Shown: in pieces, positions 22,332-31,170 of the stretch
Numbering within the stretch: the stretch's first letter is position 1
How the letters are laid out: each line of letters opens with the position of its first letter
NCBI GenBank assembly: GCA_031413115.1
Contig: JANOEH010000024.1
Span: 336-64,335 of the forward strand
Direction of reading: 5' to 3'
Length of the DNA stretch: 64,000 nt
DNA from: Candidatus Eiseniibacteriota bacterium
GTDB lineage: Bacteria; Eisenbacteria; RBG-16-71-46; DASYSL01
The notes under the pieces: model-generated
What the model was told of the DNA's origin: nothing
Database searches by the model: none
Seen by the model: the letters and a program-made list of their open reading frames with translations, nothing else
Made by a program: the position numbers and the translations under genes

Positions 22332-23123
22332 CTACATCTGCCGAAACAGGTGCAGGTAGTTGCGGCTGACGGGCAGAACATCGGCGCGGCCCTTGAGGTG
22401 GATGTCGGCCGTCTCGTTGTCGCCACGGGTGACGTGACTGATGGCGCGCAGGTTGACCACGACCGAGCGGTGCACCTGCGCGAACTGCGCGGGATCGAGC
22501 TGGGAGACGAGGTCCTTGAGCGCGACGCGCACCAGCGCCTCGGCGGGCTGTCCGGCGTCGCCGCGCCACGCCACCAGCGTGTACTTCGTGTCGGAGCGCA
22601 GGAAGTCGACGTCCTCGACCGCGATCAGGCGCAGCGTCTCGCCAACCTGGGCGCGGATCCAGCGCAGCGGTTCCGGGGCGGCGCCGGACTGGAGCTGCGC
22701 GAGGTGCGCGGCGAGTTGCTGCAGCACCGCATCGGCGTCGTGCGTGGGTTGCGCCGAGCGCAGGCGCTCCTGGAGGCGTGCGACCGTCTCGGCGAGCCGC
22801 TCGGGCTCGACGGGCTTCACTACGTAGTCGAGGGCGCCCTGCGCGAAAGCCTGCACGGCATAGTGATCGAACGCGGTGACGAAGATGAGGTGCGCGCGGC
22901 GGCCGATCTTCCGGGCCGCCTCGATGCCGGACATCCCCGGCATGTGCACGTCGAGGAAGCAGATGTCGGGCCGGTGGGCCTCGAAGGACTCGACGGCTTC
23001 ACGACCGTTGCGCGCCTGGGCGACGATCTCGAGCTCCGGCCACGCGCCGGCCAGCTGGCGGGCCAGCGCCTCGCGCAGGAGCGGCTCGTCGTCGGCGATC
23101 AGTGCCGTCGGGTGGGAACGCAT
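22332..23123 (-). CDS. LytTR-family response regulator (REC + LytTR DNA-binding domain)
   Basis: 263 aa; REC domain (LIADDEPLLREALARQL...DICFLDVHMPGMSGIE...) and C-terminal LytTR domain. Confidence 0.9.
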   Translation of the reverse strand: MRSHPTALIADDEPLLREALARQLAGAWPELEIVAQARNGREAVESFEAHRPDICFLDVHMPGMSGIEAARKIGRRAHLIFVTAFDHYAVQAFAQGALDYVVKPVEPERLAETVARLQERLRSAQPTHDADAVLQQLAAHLAQLQSGAAPEPLRWIRAQVGETLRLIAVEDVDFLRSDTKYTLVAWRGDAGQPAEALVRVALKDLVSQLDPAQFAQVHRSVVVNLRAISHVTRGDNETADIHLKGRADVLPVSRNYLHLFRQM

Positions 23124-24208
23124 CAGTGCGTCGACCTGCGGACGGGGATGTCCACCTCGGCGCAGACCCCGCGCGGGGACTGCGCGACGACCCGGAGCTC
23201 TGCCGTCTCGCCGAAGGCCAACCGCAAACGCTCGCGCAGCGTCGCGAGGCCGGTGCCCAGGCCGTTGCCGGTCGGGCGCAGACCCACGCCCGTGTCGCTG
23301 ACACGCAGGATGCAGCGCTCGCCGCGTCGTTCGACGGAGACGTCGATGCGGCCGCCCTCCTCGCCCGGGTCGATCCCGTGGCGCACCGCGTTCTCGACCA
23401 GCGTCAGCAAGGTCATCGGCGGGCAGGGCAGCGCCAGCGCCGCCTCGTCGCCGTCCAGCGAGAACTGCAGTCGATCGGGCATGCGCATGTGCATGAGCTC
23501 GAGGTAGGCGCGGACGAGCTGCAGTTCCTGCCCGAGCGTGGTGGCCGGCTCGTCGAGGCGGGGCACCGCTGCGCGCAGGTAGGCGACCAGGCTCTGCAGC
23601 ACCGCCGGAGCCCGCGGCGATCCCGCCTCGACCAGCGCCTGCACGTTGGCCAGCGTGTTGAACAGGAAGTGCGGAGCGACCTGCGCCTGCAACAGGCGAA
23701 GCCGGGCGTCCAGCGCCTGCCGACCGAGTTCACTGCGTTCCAGGTCGAAGGCGAGCGCCTGGTGGCGTGCCAGCGCCTCCTTCTGCCGCACCAGCGCACC
23801 CAGGGCCATCCAGGGCGCGACGAACAGCCCGAGCACGGTCAGGATGGAGAAGCCTTCCATGCGCGACTTGACGAGATAGAACGCCGGCGCGCCGGCCGGT
23901 GTCGACAGCGCGTAGAGGATCGCGACGCTGGGTGGAATGCACACCCCGACCGCTACCACCTGCAACACCCAGCGCGCGATCCAGCGGGGCAGGCGCCGCG
24001 GCCAGCGCTCGAAGAGCCCGAAGACGAACATCGCAACCAGCCCGAGCGTCACCGTGCGCACGATCGCGGAGGCGGACCCGGACTTCCACCCGGAGTGGCT
24101 CAGCAGGAGGCCGATGGCGCCGGAGACCGCAACCGTGAAGAGGACGCGCCGCCAGTGCAGGATCCCGGGCGGTCCACCAGGCTTCAATGGTTCTGCAAGC
24201 GTGCGCAT
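23123..24208 (-). CDS. Sensor histidine kinase (membrane-integral, His_kinase PF06580 + HATPase; LytS/AlgZ type)
   Basis: ~361 aa from ATG 24208; 4-5 N-terminal TM helices; HFLFNTLANV signature; C-terminal ATPase (LVENAVRHG..., SDTGVGL). Confidence 0.85.
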   Translation of the reverse strand: MRTLAEPLKPGGPPGILHWRRVLFTVAVSGAIGLLLSHSGWKSGSASAIVRTVTLGLVAMFVFGLFERWPRRLPRWIARWVLQVVAVGVCIPPSVAILYALSTPAGAPAFYLVKSRMEGFSILTVLGLFVAPWMALGALVRQKEALARHQALAFDLERSELGRQALDARLRLLQAQVAPHFLFNTLANVQALVEAGSPRAPAVLQSLVAYLRAAVPRLDEPATTLGQELQLVRAYLELMHMRMPDRLQFSLDGDEAALALPCPPMTLLTLVENAVRHGIDPGEEGGRIDVSVERRGERCILRVSDTGVGLRPTGNGLGTGLATLRERLRLAFGETAELRVVAQSPRGVCAEVDIPVRRSTH

Positions 24209-24257
24209 GGCCCGAGGATAGTCCAGACGCGTGCGGGAACCAACGAAGCGTGTGGGG

Positions 24258-24704
24258 CTACTCGCCTTCGCCGCCCCCGTCGAGGAAGCGATCCGGCGCG
24301 TCGGTCGTGGGAAACGTGCAGACATCGTGGCGGCCGAACCAACGGTAGCGCGAGCGGGCGATACGATCGTACGCCCAGTCGCGCAAGGCGCGCGGCGCGA
24401 GCTGCGCGAGTCGTGCGAGGATCGGCCACGGCTGGCGCAGCTGTGCGGCCACCGCGAGCGCCCCGTCGCTGCGCACGAGCATGGCGTCGCCGGCCAGCAC
24501 GACCACGCTGTCGGTTCCCGGTGGGAGTCCGCCGCGTGCCGCGAGGAGCCCGCGCGAGGTCTCCGACTGCAGCTGCGCGAAGACAATGCGCGCGTGGGGA
24601 TCGCGCGCGATCACGAAGCGCACGCCCGTGTGGCACAGGTGGCAGACGCCGTCGAAGAGAACCACGATTCGATCGGACGGGGTGGATAGGTCGGGAGCGC
24701 GCAT
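24258..24704 (-). CDS. DCC1-like thiol-disulfide oxidoreductase family protein (DUF393)
   Basis: 148 aa read from 3' end of the long antisense ORF 24258..26939; VLFDGVCHLCHTGVRFVIARD motif typical of DUF393/DCC. Confidence 0.7.
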   Translation of the reverse strand: MRAPDLSTPSDRIVVLFDGVCHLCHTGVRFVIARDPHARIVFAQLQSETSRGLLAARGGLPPGTDSVVVLAGDAMLVRSDGALAVAAQLRQPWPILARLAQLAPRALRDWAYDRIARSRYRWFGRHDVCTFPTTDAPDRFLDGGGEGE

Positions 24705-24839
24705 GGGGCGAGGATACCCCAGCACCCGAGGGCACTCGCGCCGGAGGCTCCCGCCGCGTCGGCGGGGCGGCCGCAACGAGGAACGACGTGCTAGATTGAT
24801 GCTCCAAACGCAGTTCCACGCCCATCCCGGAGCCAGCCC

Positions 24840-27011
24840 GTGCGCCACGGCCGAATCCGTCATCTTTCCGCCATCGTCAGCGGGGTCCTCGGCATCCTGT
24901 TGATCCTCGCCGCCGTGCTCCTGGGCTACGCGCGGCGCTCGCTGTTCGACGAGCGCGCGTTTGCAGCGCGCGTGGCGGAGAGCTTCGAGGATCCGCGGGT
25001 CGCCAACTTCGCCGCCGAGCAGATCGCCGACGGGATCATCGCGGCGAAGCCGGATCTCGTCGGCCTGCGGCCCATTCTCGTCGGCACCAGCCGGGGCGTC
25101 GTCGCCTCGGCCCCGTTTCGCGCGGCGGTGAAGCGCGCCGCCCGCACGCTGCACCACGCGATCACGACGGGCACGGCCGAGGACATCGTCCTCACGGTGA
25201 AGGATGTCGGAGCGCTGCTCGAGAGCGCCGTCGCGAACCAGCCAGGCATCGCCGGCAAGCTGCCTCGTGGATTGACCGCCGCGGTCGGGACACTCAAGTC
25301 CCTGCCCGGCGGCGATCGTGCCGAGTGGATCGTCCGCGTTGCCAACCGGATGCGCGCGGCCACGCTCGTCTTCCTCCTGCTCGGCATCGCGCTGTGCTTC
25401 GCGTGCGGGTGGCTCGCCCGCGATCGCCGGCGCGCGATCGTCCGGCTCGGCACCGCGCTCATGCTCGTCGCGGTCGCCCTCGGGGTGGTCGCCCGCTTCG
25501 GTGGCGACGCGCTGCAGCTGCTGGCCCGCAACCAGGAGAACGCGCCGGCGCTGGCCGGACTCGGTGGAGCGTTCCTCGGCGGGCTCATGGTGTGGGCCAT
25601 GGTCGTCGGCTTCAGCGGGCTGATCCTCGCCGCCGCCTCGGCTTCGCTGCTCGATCGCGTGCCGCTGGCCGCCCTCGCGCAGCGGACGCGGGCGTGGTGG
25701 TTCGGTCCGCAGCCGCTCATGCGCCTGCGCCTCCTGCGCGGCCTGCTCGGCGCGGTGATCGGCGCGCTGCTCCTGTTCTGGACGCTGCCCACGCTCACGA
25801 TTGTCGGCTGGCTGGGCGGACTCGTGATCGCGTTCGCCGGGATCCGCGAGGCGTTCGCCGCCGGGTTGCATCTCCTGCCGCACTTCGAGCCGAAGACGCA
25901 GGAAGAGCGCGTCGCGCGCCGCGGCACCGCGGGGAGCATGGCGATCTTCGCCGTCGCGACGGTGACGGTCGCGATCCTCGGGACGGCGGTGTGGGCGTTC
26001 GTGCGCTCGCACGACGATGCGGATGCCCCGGTCGTGGTCACCGCGTTCAACGGCCTGCCCGAACTGGGAGACCGGCGCCTGGACGAGGTCGTGTTCGCGA
26101 CTGCGCACAATGCGATGGGCAGCCCCGACACGCCGGGATGGATGTTCCCGAACCAGAGCGCTGGTATCAGGAGCCAGCTCGAGGACGGGATCCGCGGTTT
26201 CCTCATCGACGCCACGTACGGCGCGAAGGCCGGCAACTACGTGAAGACCGAGCTCGACTCGTCGCCGGACGCGATGGCGAAGTACGAGGCTGCCGTCGGC
26301 GCGGAGGGAATGGCCGCCGCGCTCAAGATCCGCGACCGCATGGCGGGCGTCGAGGCCGGCACTCGCGACATCTACATGTGCCACGGCTTCTGCGAGCTGG
26401 GTGCGCTGCGGCTCGTGCCCGTGCTCGCCCAGGTGCGCGACTTCCTGGTGGCGAACCCGGGCGAGGTGCTGGTGTTCGTCATCCAGGACGAGGGGGTCCC
26501 GCCGCCCGAGATCGCCCGCTGCTTCGAGGAGAGCGGGCTGATCGACTTCGTCTATCGCGGACCCGCACAGCCGCCGTGGCCGACGCTGCGCGAGATGGTC
26601 GACAGCGACCAGCGTGTGCTGGTCATGACCGAGCACGAATCGGAGGGCGTGGACTGGATCCACTCCGCCGTCGAGGTGATGCAGGAGACGCCGTACACGT
26701 TCCACCACCGTTCGCAGTTCAGCAACGTCCCCAACCGCGGCGGCACCGCGGGGTCGCTCCTGCTCATGAACCACTGGATCGAGACGACGCCCATGCCCAA
26801 GCCCAGCAACGCCGACACCGTGAACGCGCACGACTTCCTGATGGCGCGCATCAAGGCGTTGCAGAAGGAGCGCGGGAAGCTGCCGAACCTGGTCGCCGTG
26901 GATTTCTATCGCGAGGGCGATCTCGTGGCGGTGGTGCACGAGCTGAACGCCGGAACGCCGGACCTCGCGCAGGCAGCTCGTTCACTGAGCGTGCCGCGGG
27001 AGTCGCGCTAA
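24840..27011 (+). CDS. Membrane protein with C-terminal PI-PLC X-domain-like (PLC-like phosphodiesterase) domain
   Basis: 723 aa (GTG start); ~8 TM helices in N-terminal 400 aa; C-terminal FATAHNAMGSP...GFLIDATYG...IYMCHGFCELG...LVFVIQDEG resembles bacterial PI-PLC X-domain/PLC-like phosphodiesterases. Confidence 0.7.
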   Translation: MRHGRIRHLSAIVSGVLGILLILAAVLLGYARRSLFDERAFAARVAESFEDPRVANFAAEQIADGIIAAKPDLVGLRPILVGTSRGVVASAPFRAAVKRAARTLHHAITTGTAEDIVLTVKDVGALLESAVANQPGIAGKLPRGLTAAVGTLKSLPGGDRAEWIVRVANRMRAATLVFLLLGIALCFACGWLARDRRRAIVRLGTALMLVAVALGVVARFGGDALQLLARNQENAPALAGLGGAFLGGLMVWAMVVGFSGLILAAASASLLDRVPLAALAQRTRAWWFGPQPLMRLRLLRGLLGAVIGALLLFWTLPTLTIVGWLGGLVIAFAGIREAFAAGLHLLPHFEPKTQEERVARRGTAGSMAIFAVATVTVAILGTAVWAFVRSHDDADAPVVVTAFNGLPELGDRRLDEVVFATAHNAMGSPDTPGWMFPNQSAGIRSQLEDGIRGFLIDATYGAKAGNYVKTELDSSPDAMAKYEAAVGAEGMAAALKIRDRMAGVEAGTRDIYMCHGFCELGALRLVPVLAQVRDFLVANPGEVLVFVIQDEGVPPPEIARCFEESGLIDFVYRGPAQPPWPTLREMVDSDQRVLVMTEHESEGVDWIHSAVEVMQETPYTFHHRSQFSNVPNRGGTAGSLLLMNHWIETTPMPKPSNADTVNAHDFLMARIKALQKERGKLPNLVAVDFYREGDLVAVVHELNAGTPDLAQAARSLSVPRESR

Positions 27012-27319
27012 CCCTCGATCTTGTAGATCTCCCGGCGGCCGCGCTCGACGAGGTCGTGGTATCCCTTCATGATCATCTCCATCTTCTTTGTGTCGGCTTT
27101 CTTCATGCTTCCGGCCTGCTCCATCTTCTCCCAGGCGGCGAGGCTCTTCACTTCCATCCCCATGACACAGGTCCAGTAACGCTCGGAGCTCACGTCGGTG
27201 AGGACGCGCATGCGTCCCAGTTTCGACTTCTCCATGAGCTTCGACAGGGCGCTCGCCTTCGCGACCATCGCGCGGACCTTGCCGGGCTTGCAGAACATGA
27301 GCTCGCGAATCAGGTACAT
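27008..27319 (-). CDS. Small Lys/Met-rich protein, possible dimeric alpha/beta-barrel (NIPSNAP/ABM-like)
   Basis: ATG 27319 with GAGGAG 5 nt upstream; 103 aa MYLIRELMFCKPGKVRAMV...; locally lower GC (~60%) than surroundings; family assignment tentative. Confidence 0.5.
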   Translation of the reverse strand: MYLIRELMFCKPGKVRAMVAKASALSKLMEKSKLGRMRVLTDVSSERYWTCVMGMEVKSLAAWEKMEQAGSMKKADTKKMEMIMKGYHDLVERGRREIYKIEG

Positions 27320-27485
27320 GACCACTCCTCGTGGTTCGGGTGGATGACTCGGGACGTCGACGGTGCGCCGAGGCTACTCCCGGCGGGAGAGCGGAGTCTG
27401 CGCCCGTGCTCCCTGAGTCCGCGGTATCGCGGGCAGGGCGCGCAATGGTAACCTTGCTGTCCGCCTGCTCCTGGGAGATCGCTTC

Positions 27486-29558
27486 ATGGCCATGGTGCAC
27501 CCTGCTTCCGCGCTCCTCCTCCTCCTCGCCGCGATCGGGCCGATCCCCGCACCGACCCGTGCGTACGCGGAACCATCCGTGAATCCCGCGGGCGCGGACA
27601 CGCTCCACCACGAACTCGCCCCGCAGATCGTGAGCGCCGCGCGCCCGACGACCACGCCCGGCGGTGCGAGCGCGCTCGAAGTGCAGCTCGATTCGACGCT
27701 CATTCGCCCGGCGGCCACCCTCGAGGATGTTCTCCGCAAGATGCCGCTCGTCGTCATCCGGCGCAACTCGCGCGGCGAGGCGCAGCCCGCGCTGCGCGGC
27801 GGCGAGGATCGCCAGATTGCCGTGCTCGTCGACGGTGTGCCGATCACGCTCGCCTGGGACCAGCGAGCGGACCTCTCCATCGTGCCGGTGATGGCAGCGC
27901 GCAGCGTCACGCTCCATCGCGGACTCTCGTCCCTGCTGCAGGGACCGAACGCGCTCGCGGGCGCGCTCGAGGTGGACCTCGCGCGCGGCACGCGGGCCGA
28001 TGCGCCGCTCCCGCCGCTCGTCCTCGACGTCGGCATGGACCAGAGTGGGGCGGGGAGTGTCGGCCTCGTGGGTGGCATGATGCGCGGTGGCTCGACGGGT
28101 CGCTGGGTGGCCCGTGCAGGTGGTGGCTTCGCCAGTTCCGACGGTGCCGTTCTGGCGCACTCCCTGGCCGACGCCGACCCGGCGACGGCGGCCCGGCTGA
28201 CCTCGGACGGCGACCTGCGTCTCAACTCCGATACCCGGGCCGTGGATGGATTCCTTTCGCTTCGGCGGGTTGCGGGCAACGGGGCGTGGGCCTCCCTGAC
28301 CGGGCTCGGCGCCCGATTCGAGCGCGGTGTGGTACCCGAGGCCCACACAACCGCGCCGCGCCTCTGGCGCTATCCCGAGCAGGCGCGAGGTCTGGGTGCC
28401 CTGGCCATGGGGACGGGCATGCGCCCCACCGCGTGGGGACGGGGGGACCTCGAACTGGCTGTGGGAGCCGACTTCGGACACACGGAGATCGACGAGTACG
28501 CGGACCTCACCTACCAGAACGTGACGCGCACGGAGCGTGCGGATGATCGGACGCTGACGGCACGGCTCCTCGGGGATCACACGATCGGGACGAACGGTGA
28601 CCTGCGCATGGCGGTCACATACGCCGACATCGCGCACCAGGAAGCGATCAATCTGGCGCCCGAGGCGAGCTATCGGCAGCGCCTGTGGAGCCTCGCCACG
28701 GAGGCCGACTGGCGGTTCGAAGTGGGCAGCCCGCTGCGCCTGAGCGCAGGCATCGCGCTGGATGGCGCGGATACCCCCGAGTCGGCCGACAAGCCGCCGC
28801 TCGACCGCATGGACGAATGGGCCGCGCGGCTCGGCGGAACCCTCGTGCTCAGTGGCGGGGCGGTCCTTCTGCACGCTTCAGCCGGGCGGCGCGCGCGTTT
28901 CCCCGGCCTGCGGGAGCTCTACTCTGGAGCGCTCGGGCGCTTTCTCGAGAACCCGAACCTGCGCCCGGAGGTGCTGCGCACCGTCGAACTCGGGGCGACC
29001 TGGCGGTCCGCCCGCCGCGAACTCCAGGTCGTCGTGTTCGACCAGGCGCTCGATGAAGCGATCACCCGGGTCGCGGTCACGACGCCCGAGGGAAACAAGT
29101 TCCAGCGCGTGAACCAGGGAAGGGTCGACGCATTCGGCGTCGAGCTCATCGGCGACCTGGCCCTCGGCGCCTTCGCGGGAGGAGGAAGCATGACGCTGCA
29201 GCGCGCTCGCGGCGAGGATGCGTCGGGCAACGCGACGGAGCTCGAGTACGAACCGGCAATCACCGGTCGCGTGTGGGGCGAAGCGCCCCTCCCCGCTCGC
29301 CTGCGGCTGTCGGCGGAGCTTGCGCTGGTAGGGGAGCAGCAGTTCATCGATCTCGACAGCGGGGAGTTCGCCGTCCTGGCGCCCGGTGCACGGATCGACG
29401 TTCGGGTCGCCCGAGGCTTCGACCTGCGCGCGGCGGGCCCGTGGCGGCGCGTCGAAACGCAGCTCGCCGTCGAGAATGCCGCGGACGTCGCAGTCTACGA
29501 CCAGGCCGGGCTGCCGCAGCCCGGCCGCACGATTCGCCTGCAGCTTCGTCTCTGGTAA
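27486..29558 (+). CDS. TonB-dependent outer-membrane receptor
   Basis: 690 aa; signal peptide; plug domain (TLEDVLRKMPLVVIRRNSRGEAQPALRGG...DGVPITLAWD); C-terminal beta-barrel ending ...RLQLRLW (aromatic C-terminus). Confidence 0.85.
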   Translation: MAMVHPASALLLLLAAIGPIPAPTRAYAEPSVNPAGADTLHHELAPQIVSAARPTTTPGGASALEVQLDSTLIRPAATLEDVLRKMPLVVIRRNSRGEAQPALRGGEDRQIAVLVDGVPITLAWDQRADLSIVPVMAARSVTLHRGLSSLLQGPNALAGALEVDLARGTRADAPLPPLVLDVGMDQSGAGSVGLVGGMMRGGSTGRWVARAGGGFASSDGAVLAHSLADADPATAARLTSDGDLRLNSDTRAVDGFLSLRRVAGNGAWASLTGLGARFERGVVPEAHTTAPRLWRYPEQARGLGALAMGTGMRPTAWGRGDLELAVGADFGHTEIDEYADLTYQNVTRTERADDRTLTARLLGDHTIGTNGDLRMAVTYADIAHQEAINLAPEASYRQRLWSLATEADWRFEVGSPLRLSAGIALDGADTPESADKPPLDRMDEWAARLGGTLVLSGGAVLLHASAGRRARFPGLRELYSGALGRFLENPNLRPEVLRTVELGATWRSARRELQVVVFDQALDEAITRVAVTTPEGNKFQRVNQGRVDAFGVELIGDLALGAFAGGGSMTLQRARGEDASGNATELEYEPAITGRVWGEAPLPARLRLSAELALVGEQQFIDLDSGEFAVLAPGARIDVRVARGFDLRAAGPWRRVETQLAVENAADVAVYDQAGLPQPGRTIRLQLRLW

Positions 29559-29596
29559 CGATGCGCTTGATGGAATGTGCGCCTGCCCGCCTCGAC

Positions 29597-31066
29597 CTAG
29601 TCGGCCCGGCGGACCCGCCCGCGTTCGATCACGCGCACGCCGATCGCCCGATCGGTACAGAAGATGTCGCTCACCTCACGCTGGTTGAAGCCGGCCCTCC
29701 AGGGGGCCTCGCCCGCGGGGGGCGCCGCCAGCGCGCTCGAGACCGCCTGGTTCCACTGCACGACACACCGGCTCAGGTCGAAGCGCAACCGGCTCTTCGC
29801 CTGTTCGAGCAATTCGTCGAGCGCTGCCCGCAGGGCCATGGCTTCCCCCGCCGGCACGAGGTCCTCCACCGCCTGGCGCGACTCCTCACTCCAGGCGAGG
29901 TCGGGGAGCTCGAGGGCGAAGTCGGGCTCGGCGCAGTGCACCTTGCCGACGAGGAATGCGCGGCCGGTCAGGGCCCCCTCGAGCTCGAGCTCGAGGGCGA
30001 GGCGATCGCGCGCGCCGCGCACCGTTGCGCCGGCCACGCGGAGCGATTCCCCACCGCCCGTCCCGATGGGGGCCGCGATGCCGACCAGGCGCGAGGCGAT
30101 CTCCGCGAAGTCCACCCAGCAGTCGACCGGCACGTACGTGTCGGAATCGAACAGTCGCTGTGTGGGCGCCCCGGGGAACTCGACCGCGGTCCCGTTCGCG
30201 CTCGGCAGGATCGTCGGAGCGGCTTCAAACGCGAGATCGATGACCAGCGCGTCGCCCTCGAGACGGGGGCGTTCGGCGCGAACCTCGCCCGGGCGCCAGT
30301 GCAGCCACGCCCCGCCACCCAGCCGCACGGGCCGGGCGAGCCCGGCGTGCAGCGCGTTCACCCGGGGCGCCAGATCGGTGGCGGCCGTGAGCGAGTCGAG
30401 GGTGGGAAGGAGGTGCGCGATGAACCGGCTCTTGATGCGATCGTCGACCAGCTTGGTGAAATTGATGGCCGGGGGCCTGGGTTTGCAGCGCGTGGGGTAG
30501 ATCACCGCCAGCGGACTGCTGCGGGATTCGAGGCGCCAGCCCTCGCCCCAGGCGAAGCGGGTCATGACGCCCACCAGGCCGGTCAGCGAATCGGCCTCGA
30601 CGCCGCACGACGTCGGGGCGAAGCCTTCGCCCTCGATGTCGAGTCGGTAGTGGACGGTGGTTCGTGTATAGAGCGTGTCGCCCCGGGGATCGCTCGCGAG
30701 GCTTCCCCGCAGGATCGGCCCACGCCAGCGCACTCCGGCGCGGGCGGCCTCGCGCTCCTCTTCTTTCCAGACTTCCTCGGGCGTCACCTGCTCCGCGATG
30801 CCGGCGGCGCGGATCTCCCGGGGAAGGAGGCGATCGAGTTCGTGGCGGTACGCCTCGATCGGTACGGTGAGCCGCGCCTGCAGATAGGAGCGCGGCGTCG
30901 CCGCCGGGCCCTCGCCCGGAGGAAGGGTGGGGGGAGCGACCGCGGGAAGCTGCAGCGCGGCGGCGCGCCCGCTGTCCGGGCGCCCGAGCATGGTGATTCC
31001 GGCGAGCACGAGAAGGCGCACGAATGCCGTGCGCGGGCGCGAATGGCTTCGGGAGATCGACGACAC
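29597..31066 (-). CDS. DUF4403 family exported protein
   Basis: ~489 aa from GTG 31066 (GGAGGG upstream; start uncertain); signal-like N-terminus; no catalytic motifs recognised. Confidence 0.6.
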   Translation of the reverse strand: MSSISRSHSRPRTAFVRLLVLAGITMLGRPDSGRAAALQLPAVAPPTLPPGEGPAATPRSYLQARLTVPIEAYRHELDRLLPREIRAAGIAEQVTPEEVWKEEEREAARAGVRWRGPILRGSLASDPRGDTLYTRTTVHYRLDIEGEGFAPTSCGVEADSLTGLVGVMTRFAWGEGWRLESRSSPLAVIYPTRCKPRPPAINFTKLVDDRIKSRFIAHLLPTLDSLTAATDLAPRVNALHAGLARPVRLGGGAWLHWRPGEVRAERPRLEGDALVIDLAFEAAPTILPSANGTAVEFPGAPTQRLFDSDTYVPVDCWVDFAEIASRLVGIAAPIGTGGGESLRVAGATVRGARDRLALELELEGALTGRAFLVGKVHCAEPDFALELPDLAWSEESRQAVEDLVPAGEAMALRAALDELLEQAKSRLRFDLSRCVVQWNQAVSSALAAPPAGEAPWRAGFNQREVSDIFCTDRAIGVRVIERGRVRRAD

Positions 31067-31170
31067 GTAGGAGGGCCCTCCGGCGGTACCGGCTACAACA
31101 GGACGAAGGGGGCGAGCTTCCGCCCCCTTCGCCGGTGTGCGACGCGGCGGATCATCCCGCCGCGAATCGA

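Noticed and set aside
27326-27485. Assigning the TonB-dependent receptor leader as a cobalamin or TPP riboswitch
   Set aside because: Could not find a convincing B12 box or TPP CUGAGA/ACCUGA core by eye. Left as an unclassified candidate.
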